A stretch of 64,000 nt of DNA, taken from contig CAXXWQ010000002.1 of NCBI GenBank assembly GCA_963674945.2, forward strand, positions 160,001 to 224,000, written 5' to 3'. Source of the stretch: an uncultured Desulfosarcina sp. Lineage in GTDB: Bacteria; Desulfobacterota; Desulfobacteria; Desulfobacterales; Desulfosarcinaceae. The stretch's first letter is position 1; every line of letters starts with the position of its first letter. Made by a program: the position numbers and the translations under genes. Of this stretch, positions 37,885 through 47,365 are shown piece by piece. The notes under the pieces were generated by a model that was not told the origin of the DNA, did not search any database, and saw nothing but the letters and a program-made list of their open reading frames with translations.

Positions 37885-38631
37885 ATGAATCGTAAAATGG
37901 TAATTTTTGCTGTATTATTGGGCGCTTTGTTCATCATTCCCATGGGAACGGCAATGGCCGAGACGCCCCAGGAAAAAGGGTGGCAGATAAAAAAAGCCAT
38001 CGATGAATTGCCGGTGGTTGAGAAGATGACCAACGAGGTGGCATTCCGAATCTACGATGCCCAGGGAAAGCTGTTGTTTACGAAAAAGTCACGCGCAGCG
38101 ATCTTTACCGAAAATTACAATGACGCGGAAAATCGTTTGGACCGCAACATCAGCTATTTCTTTGCTCCCGCCGATGACAAGGGCAACAGCGCCTTGATGA
38201 TCGAGTATCCGGGGGACAAGGAGGATGACCAGTGGGTCTACCTGAAGGGATTACGAAAACCCAAACGGATTATCGGTTCCGATAAGGGCTCATCTTTCAT
38301 GGGATCCGATTTTTCCAACGGCGATGTTTCCCCCATTGATATCGATGACAGCCGTTATACCTGGCTTGGGACGGAAGCGCCCGCTGCCACAGACACCGGC
38401 GCCAATGTGGAAAAAAGTGCCGGCAGCAGCGGCGCTGCAGGCGTTTCGGGGTTATCGGTCAACATCGGCGGATATCTCAAGACCTTGGGGTATTGGAGCC
38501 AAGAACGCTATTCCGATACGTTCTGGCAGGAGATGTACCGGAACCTTCCCGCCCGCCCGGCCGATCAGGAACTCAGCGGCTATACCAATGTCGGTACGCG
38601 ACTGCAGGCGGAAGTGAAATACTCTTTTTAA
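37885..38631 (+). pseudogene. Chimeric ORF: truncated LolA-like (outer-membrane lipoprotein-sorting) protein fused to remnants of an outer-membrane beta-barrel gene
   Basis: Signal peptide, FFAPADDKG, DDQWVYL...KRI and SSFMGSDFSNGD (LolA-like) stop at YTWLGTE. A low-complexity linker follows, then LSVNIGGYLKT (barrel first strand) and AEVKYSF* (BAM beta-signal-like). Confidence 0.6.
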
Positions 38632-38648
38632 AGCGGAGTTTGCCAACG

Positions 38649-41600
38649 ATGGGAGTTCTCGGTCGATTTTCAACACGCTATCCCAAAGCAATTATGCTGG
38701 CCGTTTTGGGACTGACGGTTTTTTTCACGTATCAGTTTATAACGAAATCCTACGTAGAGTCAGATCCTTATAAATTCATTCCGACGGATTTGGAAAGTGT
38801 CAAAGCCAACGACTATTATCAAAAAAACTATGACTTTAAAGAATCGTTTGTTATCGGCATAGAGTCTGTTGATACCGGGATTATGAATCCGCCGGTGCTG
38901 CGGAGCATCGAGAGTATCGTCATAGAGCTGAAAGCGCTGAAAACCCGAAAGATCATCCACAGCAAATTGACCGGAAGAACCGAAGAAATTGAGATGCCCA
39001 TCGGTTTTGATATCAATGATATCAGCAGCATCTCCGGACTGGAGGATGGAGTCCTGGACAAGGAGACCGGTGCGGTCGTCACCGGCAGCGTCATACAAAA
39101 ATTAAAAAAAGAAGCGGGCATTCCTTTCACCGAAGCCAATGAAACGTTGCTGCCCGAATCGGATGAGAATCTTTTAAAGATTATCCCCGCTTTACAGGAT
39201 CACATTCAAAACGATCGGCTGTTTCGCGGCAACATGCTCTCTGAAGACGGCAAAGCGACCGCCATTCATGTCCCCATGATCAACAAATGGGACTATAGAA
39301 GGCGTTTTTCCATCCTGGAATTGGAAACGGCCCTGGACTCCGACTTGCTGAAAACCAGGTTCCAGGGAAAGACCTCCTTTTTCCCCTTTACTGTTTATGG
39401 CAAGACGATTGACGGTGTGGTGTACGATGATGCGTTTATCGAAGAGCATTCGAAAAAAATCTCTGAGCGGTTAAGAAATCATCTCATCGCGTATCTGAAA
39501 CCCGCTTACCTTGAATATCCCGAACTGAAACAATTATTAAGCAAAGCGCTTACCCGGAATCGTTTTAATGAGATTGTCCGCGTTACCCAAAAACGGGATT
39601 TTTTCATGAATCCCAATATGTTAACCTGGGAGGTGTTCACCAATAAGCTATACGATTTCACGTTGGAACAGATCGATCCCCTAAGCTATGAAAATCTTGA
39701 ATTTCAACTTCCGGATGTGAGAGAAATTTACAACATGTTGGAAGTATATGATCACGTCCGAAATATTCTGGACCGAAACAGCATATCCGGAGTGAAGGCC
39801 TATGTGGCCGGACAGCCGGTCATGCTTGCCGCGTTGTTTAGAGCGATCAATACGGATTTTGGATTGCTGCTTCCCATCGCGTTGCTGGTGATGGTGTTTA
39901 TGCTTGCGGTCAGCTTCAGGAGTTTTAAAGGTGTGGTGATACCATTTATCACGGTTGTGCTATCCGTGATTTGGTCCTACGGCTTGATGGCCCTGACAGG
40001 CACCCCGATTACACCGATCACGTCAATCACTCCGATCGTTCTGTTGGCAATCGGCAGTGCCTATGGCATCCATCTGCTGAATCGATATCTGGAGGATGCG
40101 TGGAATTTGGATGATCGCCGCAAGATTCTGCGCAGATCGATCCAGGGTGTGGGTGCGGCGATCGTGATGGCAGGCTTGACGACATTCGGGGGGTTTATTT
40201 CACTTTCATCCTCTTCCATGGTAATGATTCAGCATTTTTCGGTTTTTACCTCCTTCGGCATCATTGTGGCGCTTGTGCTCACCTTGACCCTCAGCCCCGC
40301 GATTCTGTGCTACTGGAAGCGGCCTCGCCAAAAACGGTCTGTATCTGATCAAAATGAAGATGCGCCTTCCGGCTTTTTGGAAAAAATGCTGGTTGGCCTG
40401 TCAAAAATCGTTACTTCGTCCCCAAAGAAAGTGTTGACGATTTTTGCCGTAATTTCGGTGATAAGCGCCTTTATGATAAAGGACCTTCAATTTGAAGGAA
40501 GCATGGCTGAAAATTTCAGGAAAGATCATCCGGTACGGATGAGCACCCATTTCATCGATCGCTATCTGACCGGAACCGGACAGATTGCAATGATGTTTAC
40601 ATTCAGGGATCACGTCAACCTGGAAAACCAATGGCTTCAAGATCAGCTCCGCAAGCGAAGCAGAGCGTTCGCCACCGAATGGCAAATGTTTTCCGACGAG
40701 ACGAACCTGGATGATTCGCCGGTGAATGCGTTTGTCGTCAAAATGATTCATATGTTCGAACAGCCGAAACGTTACGGACAGAAAATGGAGCCGTCCATCA
40801 TCCTGATGAATGATTTGTTGAATGAGGAATATATCGTCGAGTTTCAAAAGCAAAGTGCGGCAACGTCCGAAACAAAAGACGCTGCTCTCGACGCATTGCT
40901 TGGAGAGGAAACGGTTGCAAATCACGATTCCGGTTCGGGACTGGATGGGCTTGCCGGTTTGGCGGAAACCGTCGCGTCAATGCCAGATCATGTCCGGGAC
41001 GCGACATTCGCCGGTTACGGCACCGACCAAATCAACGGATTCAAGGATCTTAATCGGAGGCTGGGCCGGTCCGAAGAGAGTTGGGAGAACACGGGCAAAT
41101 CGATCATCAAGCTCCGAAGCCTGAAAATAACACCCAACGGCACGTGTATGGTTCGTCATTGGAATGTGTTACAGGATCTATTCGCAGCCGACGTCAAACA
41201 ACCCTATGTGCTTCATAAACTCGAAAAGGTTCGGGAACAATTGCTTTCCCTGGAAGAACCCAACGTGGATCTTGGGGAAAGGTCGGTGGGGCCGACCGGT
41301 TTTGTCTTCGGGCCGGTGGATTTAGTGCGGAAAACATACAGCCTGTTTTATCATGATGAAGACCCCGCCTACAAAAAAATTCCCGATACCCGTACCGACG
41401 GCCTTGGCGATCCCACACTGACCGACAGAGGAGTTATCGGCGTGGTTCTGAACCAAGCGCAGAACTCAAACCGGGATACGTTCAACGGCATGATACGCCC
41501 CGATCTCAAAGAGTTCCATTTCTCGGTTTTGGTTAGAAGCTCACTAACGGCATTCACCACGGTGTATTTGGAAAAAGTTAAGAAAATACTGGCGCGGGAA

Positions 41601-42215
41601 TTTCCCGTCGATGACCCCTATATCGAATCGATTTCCATGGGCGGTCATAATCTGACCACGATGGAGATCGCCAATATGATTATAAAATCTCAATTTTCCA
41701 GTATTGCACAAGCCATGGTCTTTATTTTCATTATTACTTTTTTTATCTTCAGATCATGGGTTGGCGGCATCTATTCAATGATTCCACTGGTGTTCACGAT
41801 CCTGACAAATTTCGGAATCCTCGTTATTATGGGTTGGAAGGTGAATTCCGGGACGAGTATGGTGGCGTCTATTTCCGTCGGCATCGGTGTCGACTATACC
41901 ATCCATTTCCTCGAGCGTTTCAAAGCCCAGCTAAAGCGAGGGGACACATTCGATCGGGCATATTTCAACACCATCCGTTCCTCGGGAAAGGCGATTGTCA
42001 TCAATGCCGCTTCCGTCGCGGTCGGTTTTGCGGTGTTGCTGCTGGGGGAGATGGAAAACAACCGGGCGATGGGACTGCAGATGGCCGGTGCCATGATTTA
42101 CAGCTCCGTTGCGGCACTGACGCTGTTGCCGGCGCTGATTTCTGTCGCCAAACCGAAATTCCTGACCAAGGTCGGTGAGGACTGCCAAGTTAAAAGCCTG
42201 GAAATGAAGAACTGA
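38649..42215 (+). CDS. Very large RND/MMPL-family transporter (1188 aa)
   Basis: Two TM blocks with VAGQP, IGSAYGIH and IGVDYTIH, and LTLSPA/LTLLPA; large periplasmic domains; GCGGAG RBS before the ATG at 38649. Confidence 0.9.
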   Translation: MGVLGRFSTRYPKAIMLAVLGLTVFFTYQFITKSYVESDPYKFIPTDLESVKANDYYQKNYDFKESFVIGIESVDTGIMNPPVLRSIESIVIELKALKTRKIIHSKLTGRTEEIEMPIGFDINDISSISGLEDGVLDKETGAVVTGSVIQKLKKEAGIPFTEANETLLPESDENLLKIIPALQDHIQNDRLFRGNMLSEDGKATAIHVPMINKWDYRRRFSILELETALDSDLLKTRFQGKTSFFPFTVYGKTIDGVVYDDAFIEEHSKKISERLRNHLIAYLKPAYLEYPELKQLLSKALTRNRFNEIVRVTQKRDFFMNPNMLTWEVFTNKLYDFTLEQIDPLSYENLEFQLPDVREIYNMLEVYDHVRNILDRNSISGVKAYVAGQPVMLAALFRAINTDFGLLLPIALLVMVFMLAVSFRSFKGVVIPFITVVLSVIWSYGLMALTGTPITPITSITPIVLLAIGSAYGIHLLNRYLEDAWNLDDRRKILRRSIQGVGAAIVMAGLTTFGGFISLSSSSMVMIQHFSVFTSFGIIVALVLTLTLSPAILCYWKRPRQKRSVSDQNEDAPSGFLEKMLVGLSKIVTSSPKKVLTIFAVISVISAFMIKDLQFEGSMAENFRKDHPVRMSTHFIDRYLTGTGQIAMMFTFRDHVNLENQWLQDQLRKRSRAFATEWQMFSDETNLDDSPVNAFVVKMIHMFEQPKRYGQKMEPSIILMNDLLNEEYIVEFQKQSAATSETKDAALDALLGEETVANHDSGSGLDGLAGLAETVASMPDHVRDATFAGYGTDQINGFKDLNRRLGRSEESWENTGKSIIKLRSLKITPNGTCMVRHWNVLQDLFAADVKQPYVLHKLEKVREQLLSLEEPNVDLGERSVGPTGFVFGPVDLVRKTYSLFYHDEDPAYKKIPDTRTDGLGDPTLTDRGVIGVVLNQAQNSNRDTFNGMIRPDLKEFHFSVLVRSSLTAFTTVYLEKVKKILAREFPVDDPYIESISMGGHNLTTMEIANMIIKSQFSSIAQAMVFIFIITFFIFRSWVGGIYSMIPLVFTILTNFGILVIMGWKVNSGTSMVASISVGIGVDYTIHFLERFKAQLKRGDTFDRAYFNTIRSSGKAIVINAASVAVGFAVLLLGEMENNRAMGLQMAGAMIYSSVAALTLLPALISVAKPKFLTKVGEDCQVKSLEMKN

Positions 42216-42273
42216 TGCGTCCGTTCGCCTGGATGATCGAACAGTCTCGAAAGCAGGCGGAACGTTCAGCTTC

Positions 42274-43842
42274 CTAGTGGGGTGCGCCGGCATGTAAGCG
42301 GTTTTTTTTAAATGGGATTCCCAGTTTTTTCATTTTCGTTCGTAACGTATTGGGATGCATCTCAAGCAGGGATGCGGCCCCGTTATTACCGCTGATTCGT
42401 CCGTTTGTATGTTTCAGCGCCAGAATTATATGCTTTTTCGCCATCTGATCAAAGGGTAGAACATCCGAAGAGCGCTGCCCGTTGTCGTGTTTCGTGTGAT
42501 CCCGCGGAGAAAGAAAATCATCCAGGGAGAGCAACCCGCTCTGGTATCGAATCAAAGCCCGCTCCACCACGTTTTCCAGTTCCCGAATATTGCCGGGCCA
42601 TCGGTAGTGGATCAACGGATCCAGGGTTCCCGGGGCCAGCTTTGGAATTTGCTTCAATTTTAGCTCTTTTGCCTTTTTTGCAATAAAATAATGGGCGAGT
42701 TCGGGGATATCGATTTTTCGCTGCCGCAGAGGGGGAATCATGATGGGAAGAACATTCAACCGATAATACAAATCCTCCCTGAATTCGTTTTTCTCCACCA
42801 TACTGGACAGATCCCTGTGAGTTGCGGCGATGACCCGAATGTCCACCGGGAGGGTTTGTGTCCCTCCCACCCGCTCGATCTCTTTGTTCTGAATCACTCT
42901 CAGCAGACGCACCTGGGCCTTCAACGATAATTCGCCGATCTCGTCCAGAAAGATGGTTCCCTCGTTGGCCCGTTCAAATCGTCCCCGCTTCCGCCCGGTG
43001 GCCCCGGTAAATGCACCTTTTTCATGTCCGAACAATTCGCTGTCGATCAGGCTTTCGGGAATGGCGCCGCAATTCACCTTGACCAAAGGCTTGTTCCGTC
43101 TCGGCGAAGAATAATGGATCGCATTGGCAATGACCTCTTTTCCCGTGCCGGTTTCACCCAACAACAGCACCGGGTTCTCCCTCGGGGCTGTTTGTGCGAC
43201 GATCTCCATCACATCCTTCAGCCCATAGTCTCTTCCGATCACTTCATTTGATGATTCCTGCAGTTCTAACCGAAGATTGCGGTTGTCTTCTGCCAGAATC
43301 TCTTGCAGCCTCATTATCTCCTGATATTGCAGGCAATTTGACATTACCATGGCAAAGGGTTCCTGCAAGGGTTCCAACAGGTCTGCATGGTTTTGAAAGT
43401 ATTGATCGATCCCGGCAGCAAACATGCTCAAGATCCCGATCCATTCACCATCGATCAGCAGCCGTAAATTCAGGCTCGATATTCCATTTTCGCCGAACAA
43501 ATCCGGTACGGATGACGCAAGGCCCTCCAGATTCGGCTTGTTTTGGTTGGTAAGCACAATATTGTTAATCAGCGTCGGTTCTTTCATGCTCCAGGATTTT
43601 GCAAACTCAATGGTTTTTTCCCGCAGAGGGCGGTGAACATTTTCGCTTACGGAATATTCTGCCGTGGTTTCGGCCATTTGCCTGAAGTATTTCATTTCTA
43701 TATCCAAAACGCCGATGGTGATTAGTCTCAGTGGTATGATATCGGCAAGATAGTCGAATAAACGGCGAAGAGCGATTGTAATGTCCAGGCTGCTGCAAAA
43801 CCGTTGGATCGCTTCAATATAAAACTTATCCTTAGAAGGCAT
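42274..43842 (-). CDS. Sigma54-dependent transcriptional activator (GAF-like sensor, AAA+, Fis HTH; FhlA-like)
   Basis: GETGTGKE, ELFGHEKGAFTGA, FLDEIGE, FREDLYYRLNV, WPGNIRELEN and HPNTLR HTH. Confidence 0.95.
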   Translation of the reverse strand: MPSKDKFYIEAIQRFCSSLDITIALRRLFDYLADIIPLRLITIGVLDIEMKYFRQMAETTAEYSVSENVHRPLREKTIEFAKSWSMKEPTLINNIVLTNQNKPNLEGLASSVPDLFGENGISSLNLRLLIDGEWIGILSMFAAGIDQYFQNHADLLEPLQEPFAMVMSNCLQYQEIMRLQEILAEDNRNLRLELQESSNEVIGRDYGLKDVMEIVAQTAPRENPVLLLGETGTGKEVIANAIHYSSPRRNKPLVKVNCGAIPESLIDSELFGHEKGAFTGATGRKRGRFERANEGTIFLDEIGELSLKAQVRLLRVIQNKEIERVGGTQTLPVDIRVIAATHRDLSSMVEKNEFREDLYYRLNVLPIMIPPLRQRKIDIPELAHYFIAKKAKELKLKQIPKLAPGTLDPLIHYRWPGNIRELENVVERALIRYQSGLLSLDDFLSPRDHTKHDNGQRSSDVLPFDQMAKKHIILALKHTNGRISGNNGAASLLEMHPNTLRTKMKKLGIPFKKNRLHAGAPH

Positions 43843-43990
43843 CGTTCAAATTTGTGAGATTGCGTGATACGATTTTACCAAAATATCCAGAAAGTCTTTT
43901 TACGAGATACCGAAAATTTAGTCAAGATATTATATATATTTCTGAAATAATTGAAAATATTCTTTTGATGGGATTGTCTCTGAATCGAGA

Positions 43991-44905
43991 TCAGTCCGAT
44001 TTTTCTTCGGTTTTAGAGAACTCCCCGTTGATAAAGTCGATGAAGGTACGACACAGGGGAGAGATCGATCGATGGCGGTGGTAGGTAAGGTAAAAGGCGC
44101 GCTTGAGGTTCAGGTCCTTGATGGACAATGTCGCGAGGTGTCCGGCAGCCACATCGTCGAAAACAGCGATGGAGGAGAGGATCGAGACGCCCATTTTTCT
44201 TTTGATTCCCTGGCGGATCGCCTCGGTGCTGCCGATCCGTGCGACCACATTCAGGTCATTCACGTTCAGGCCGGCTTCGGAGAAGCTGGTTTGAATGGAT
44301 TTCAGGGTTCCCGAGCCATGCTCCCGGATGATGAATGGTTCGGTAAACAATTGTTTGGATGTGATCTGTTTTTTATTGGCCCATCGATGACCTGCGGGAA
44401 CCACCAGACACAACTCGTCTTCCACAAGATGGGTTTGGATGATGGCCGCATCGTTTGCGATGGCACCGACCACAGCCAACTCCAACTTTCCGTCCAGGAT
44501 TTCATCAACGGTTTTTTCGGTATCGGCAATGGAAAGGCTGATATTGACTTCCGGGAAGTGGCTGGTAAACGCACCGATGATTGCCGGTAGGATGAAGGCC
44601 CCCGGGATTGTACTTCCGCCCAAATCAAGACTTCCCTTGATCTTTCCCTTGAATTCCGCCATTGCGCTTTCGGTCTCATCCCGCAAGGCGATCAAGCGTT
44701 TGGCGTACTGGTATAACAGACGTCCGCCCTTGGTGGGTACCGCTTCCTTGGTCAGGCGATCGATCAGTCGACATCCGAAATGTTCTTCCAGGTCACGGAT
44801 GTGGCTGGAGACGGTGGGTTGGGAGAGGTGCACCGCACGTCCGGCCCGGGAAAAACTTTTCAGTTCGATCACTTTACAGAAAATTTGCAGTTGCCACAGA
44901 TCCAT
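43991..44905 (-). CDS. LysR family transcriptional regulator (CysL-like)
   Basis: SFSRAGRAVHLSQPTVSSHIRDLE HTH; GSTIPG and REHGSGT. Confidence 0.93.
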   Translation of the reverse strand: MDLWQLQIFCKVIELKSFSRAGRAVHLSQPTVSSHIRDLEEHFGCRLIDRLTKEAVPTKGGRLLYQYAKRLIALRDETESAMAEFKGKIKGSLDLGGSTIPGAFILPAIIGAFTSHFPEVNISLSIADTEKTVDEILDGKLELAVVGAIANDAAIIQTHLVEDELCLVVPAGHRWANKKQITSKQLFTEPFIIREHGSGTLKSIQTSFSEAGLNVNDLNVVARIGSTEAIRQGIKRKMGVSILSSIAVFDDVAAGHLATLSIKDLNLKRAFYLTYHRHRSISPLCRTFIDFINGEFSKTEEKSD

Positions 44906-44908
44906 GAA

Positions 44909-45391
44909 TCAACATCCGAATTTCTTTTTGATTCGACGGTTGACCCCAGGGGGGACCATGTCGGAAACATCGCCGCCAAAACGGGCCGCTTCCTTTATGA
45001 TCGATGAACTGGTGAAAATCCATCGCAGACCGGTCATAAGAAAAACCATCTCTACTTCACGGTTGAGTTTTCTGTTCATCAGCGCCAGCTGAAATTCGTA
45101 TTCGAAATCCGAAACGGCACGCATGCCCCGTAAGACGACCCTCGCATTTCGTTTCTGGGCGTAGTCCACCAAAAGACCGTCGAAGGTATCAAACTCGATG
45201 TTGCCCAGTCCCGACATGGCTTCTTTCAACATTTCCAGACGCTCTTCAATGGAAAACATCGCCTTTTTCCCGGGGTTCTGTAAGATGGCGACAACGATTC
45301 GATCATATAGCGTAAGGCCTCGTTTTACGATATCGAGATGGCCGTTGGTCACTGGGTCGAAAGATCCTGGATAGATGGCAATTTGTCCCAT
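44909..45391 (-). CDS. coaD: Pantetheine-phosphate adenylyltransferase
   Basis: YPGSFDPVTNGHLDI, RGMRAVSDFEYE and SSSIIKE. Confidence 0.98.
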   Translation of the reverse strand: MGQIAIYPGSFDPVTNGHLDIVKRGLTLYDRIVVAILQNPGKKAMFSIEERLEMLKEAMSGLGNIEFDTFDGLLVDYAQKRNARVVLRGMRAVSDFEYEFQLALMNRKLNREVEMVFLMTGLRWIFTSSSIIKEAARFGGDVSDMVPPGVNRRIKKKFGC

Positions 45392-45446
45392 AAACTCTCC
45401 CGATGATGGAATTGAACTGTAGGAGAGACCTCCTATCAGCAGCGGT

Positions 45447-46001
45447 CTATATCACGGAAACCATAAAGGAAACAAGGGTCTTCCCGAAATTCCGTTGGTC
45501 GACCAGGGACAATGCTCCGAAATCGACGTCAACGGGTTCCCGGACGCCATGCTCGATGACGATGTTTCCATGGGGAGACAGTGCACCGCACGATATCAGA
45601 TTTGCCAGGGCTGGCGACACCGAATCCTTTTCGTACGGAGGGTCCATAAACACCAGATCGAACTTTCGTTTCATGGATAAGAGGCAGTTGAGGTTTCTTT
45701 TGATGTTCCACCGAATGATACGGATACGATCTTCCACGTCCAGATGCCGAACATTGTGGCGGATGACGGAAAGGGCCGTATTGGATTGATCCACGAAGAC
45801 GGCAAACGCGGCGCCCCGACTGAGTGCTTCGATTCCCAGTGCGCCGGTGCCGGCGAACAGATCCAGCACCGTCGTGTTTCGGATGCGTTGTCCGAGGATA
45901 TTGAATATGGACTCTTTGATCCGGTCGGCCGTGGGGCGGATATCCATTCCGGCGGGCGCCGTGAGTCGCCGCCCCTTGAACCTGCCGCTGATGATTCTCA
46001 T
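45447..46001 (-). CDS. rsmD: 16S rRNA (guanine966-N2)-methyltransferase
   Basis: MRIISG, RPTADRIKESIFN, LDLFAGTGALGIEALSRGA and DPPY; adjacent to coaD. Confidence 0.96.
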   Translation of the reverse strand: MRIISGRFKGRRLTAPAGMDIRPTADRIKESIFNILGQRIRNTTVLDLFAGTGALGIEALSRGAAFAVFVDQSNTALSVIRHNVRHLDVEDRIRIIRWNIKRNLNCLLSMKRKFDLVFMDPPYEKDSVSPALANLISCGALSPHGNIVIEHGVREPVDVDFGALSLVDQRNFGKTLVSFMVSVI

Positions 46002-47341
46002 GATTCCGGAGACGCCATGAGAGACTGGATGTATTCCACGCTTACACCGATGGATTGGGCCGTTTTTTCCATGTCGTCGTTGTAAACAGACAACTTCCTT
46101 TGCACATATTCCTTTTCGAAAGCGTTTCTGGCTTTGTCCAGGTCCTCCATGGAGAAGAGTTCACTGCCCATCCGTTTCCGATTGGATAAATTGGACGGCA
46201 GGTCCCTTACGGTAATGGTTTCCCCATGGACCATGATCGCCAGTCGTTCGATGAGGTTTTTCAACTCCCGCACGTTTCCCGGCCAGGAGTATTTGGTTAG
46301 CACGTCCATGGCATCGGGAGCGATGGTTTTGCACTTTTCACGATTGCTGGCCGCGGCCTCTGCCAGGAAAATATCCGTTAATTCCGGAATATCTTCCAAG
46401 CGGTCCCGTAAGGGCGGAACGACAATGGGAACCACGTTGAGGCGGTAATACAAATCTTCCCTGAAGTTGCCGTTTTCGATTTCCGCTTCCAGATCCTTAT
46501 TGGTGGCCGCGATGACCCTGACGTCCGTGGTCAGGATGCGTCCCTGGCCCACCCGCTGGAATTTTTTTTCGTCCAGCACCCTCAGGATCTTGGCCTGGGT
46601 GGCCTTGTTCATGTCCCCGATTTCGTCCAGAAAAATGGTTCCGGTGTTGGCCAGTTCAAACTTGCCCCGTTTCTTCGAACTGGATCCGGTGACGGCGCCC
46701 TTTTCATGGCCGAACAGCTCACTTTCCATCAACGTTTCCGGAATGGCGGCACAGTTGACATCGATCATCGGGGATTCGGCGCGGGGACTCAATTGATGAA
46801 TGGTTCGGGCCACCAACTCCTTTCCCGTGCCATTCTCGCCTTTGATCAGCACCCAGGAATCGGTGGGGGCGACGTTGTCGATCTGTGCTTTGAGGGCCTG
46901 GATCGGTGCGCTGTTGCCACTGATGGAGTGTTTTTCGAGGGTTTTTTTTCGTAAGTATCGGTTTTCTTCCTCCAGACGTCGGAAGTTGAGGGCATTGTTG
47001 ATGGCGACGATCACCTTGTCAATATTAAGGGGTTTCTCGATGAGATCGTATGCCCCCAGCTTGGTCGCTTTGACGGCGGTCTCCACATTGCCGTGACCGG
47101 TGATGACGATGACCGGTAGTGCGGTGTTGACCTTTTTGATCTCCCGTAACGTCTCGATGCCGTCGATGCCGGGCATCCAGATATCCAGCATGACGAGATC
47201 CGGCGCCTCGGCATCGATGATCTTTAAAGCCTCATATCCGTTGTTTGTGGTGATAACCTCGAAACCTTCATCCGTGAGCAGACCGCTTAAGGACTGCAGA
47301 ATCGTGGGCTCATCGTCTACGATTAGAATGGTGGGGAACAT
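45998..47341 (-). CDS. ntrX: NtrX-like response regulator (REC-AAA+-HTH)
   Basis: ILIVDDE, LDIWMP, GENGTGKE and FREDLYYRLNV; follows the NtrY-like kinase; the GAFTGA loop reads GAVTGS. Confidence 0.85.
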   Translation of the reverse strand: MFPTILIVDDEPTILQSLSGLLTDEGFEVITTNNGYEALKIIDAEAPDLVMLDIWMPGIDGIETLREIKKVNTALPVIVITGHGNVETAVKATKLGAYDLIEKPLNIDKVIVAINNALNFRRLEEENRYLRKKTLEKHSISGNSAPIQALKAQIDNVAPTDSWVLIKGENGTGKELVARTIHQLSPRAESPMIDVNCAAIPETLMESELFGHEKGAVTGSSSKKRGKFELANTGTIFLDEIGDMNKATQAKILRVLDEKKFQRVGQGRILTTDVRVIAATNKDLEAEIENGNFREDLYYRLNVVPIVVPPLRDRLEDIPELTDIFLAEAAASNREKCKTIAPDAMDVLTKYSWPGNVRELKNLIERLAIMVHGETITVRDLPSNLSNRKRMGSELFSMEDLDKARNAFEKEYVQRKLSVYNDDMEKTAQSIGVSVEYIQSLMASPES

Positions 47342-47365
47342 GGCGTTTTCCTAATTTGTAAACCA

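Noticed and set aside
43991..44905. Selenocysteine read-through suggested by this LysR subtype
   Set aside because: No gene in the window showed an in-frame TGA at a conserved Cys position with continued homology beyond it.
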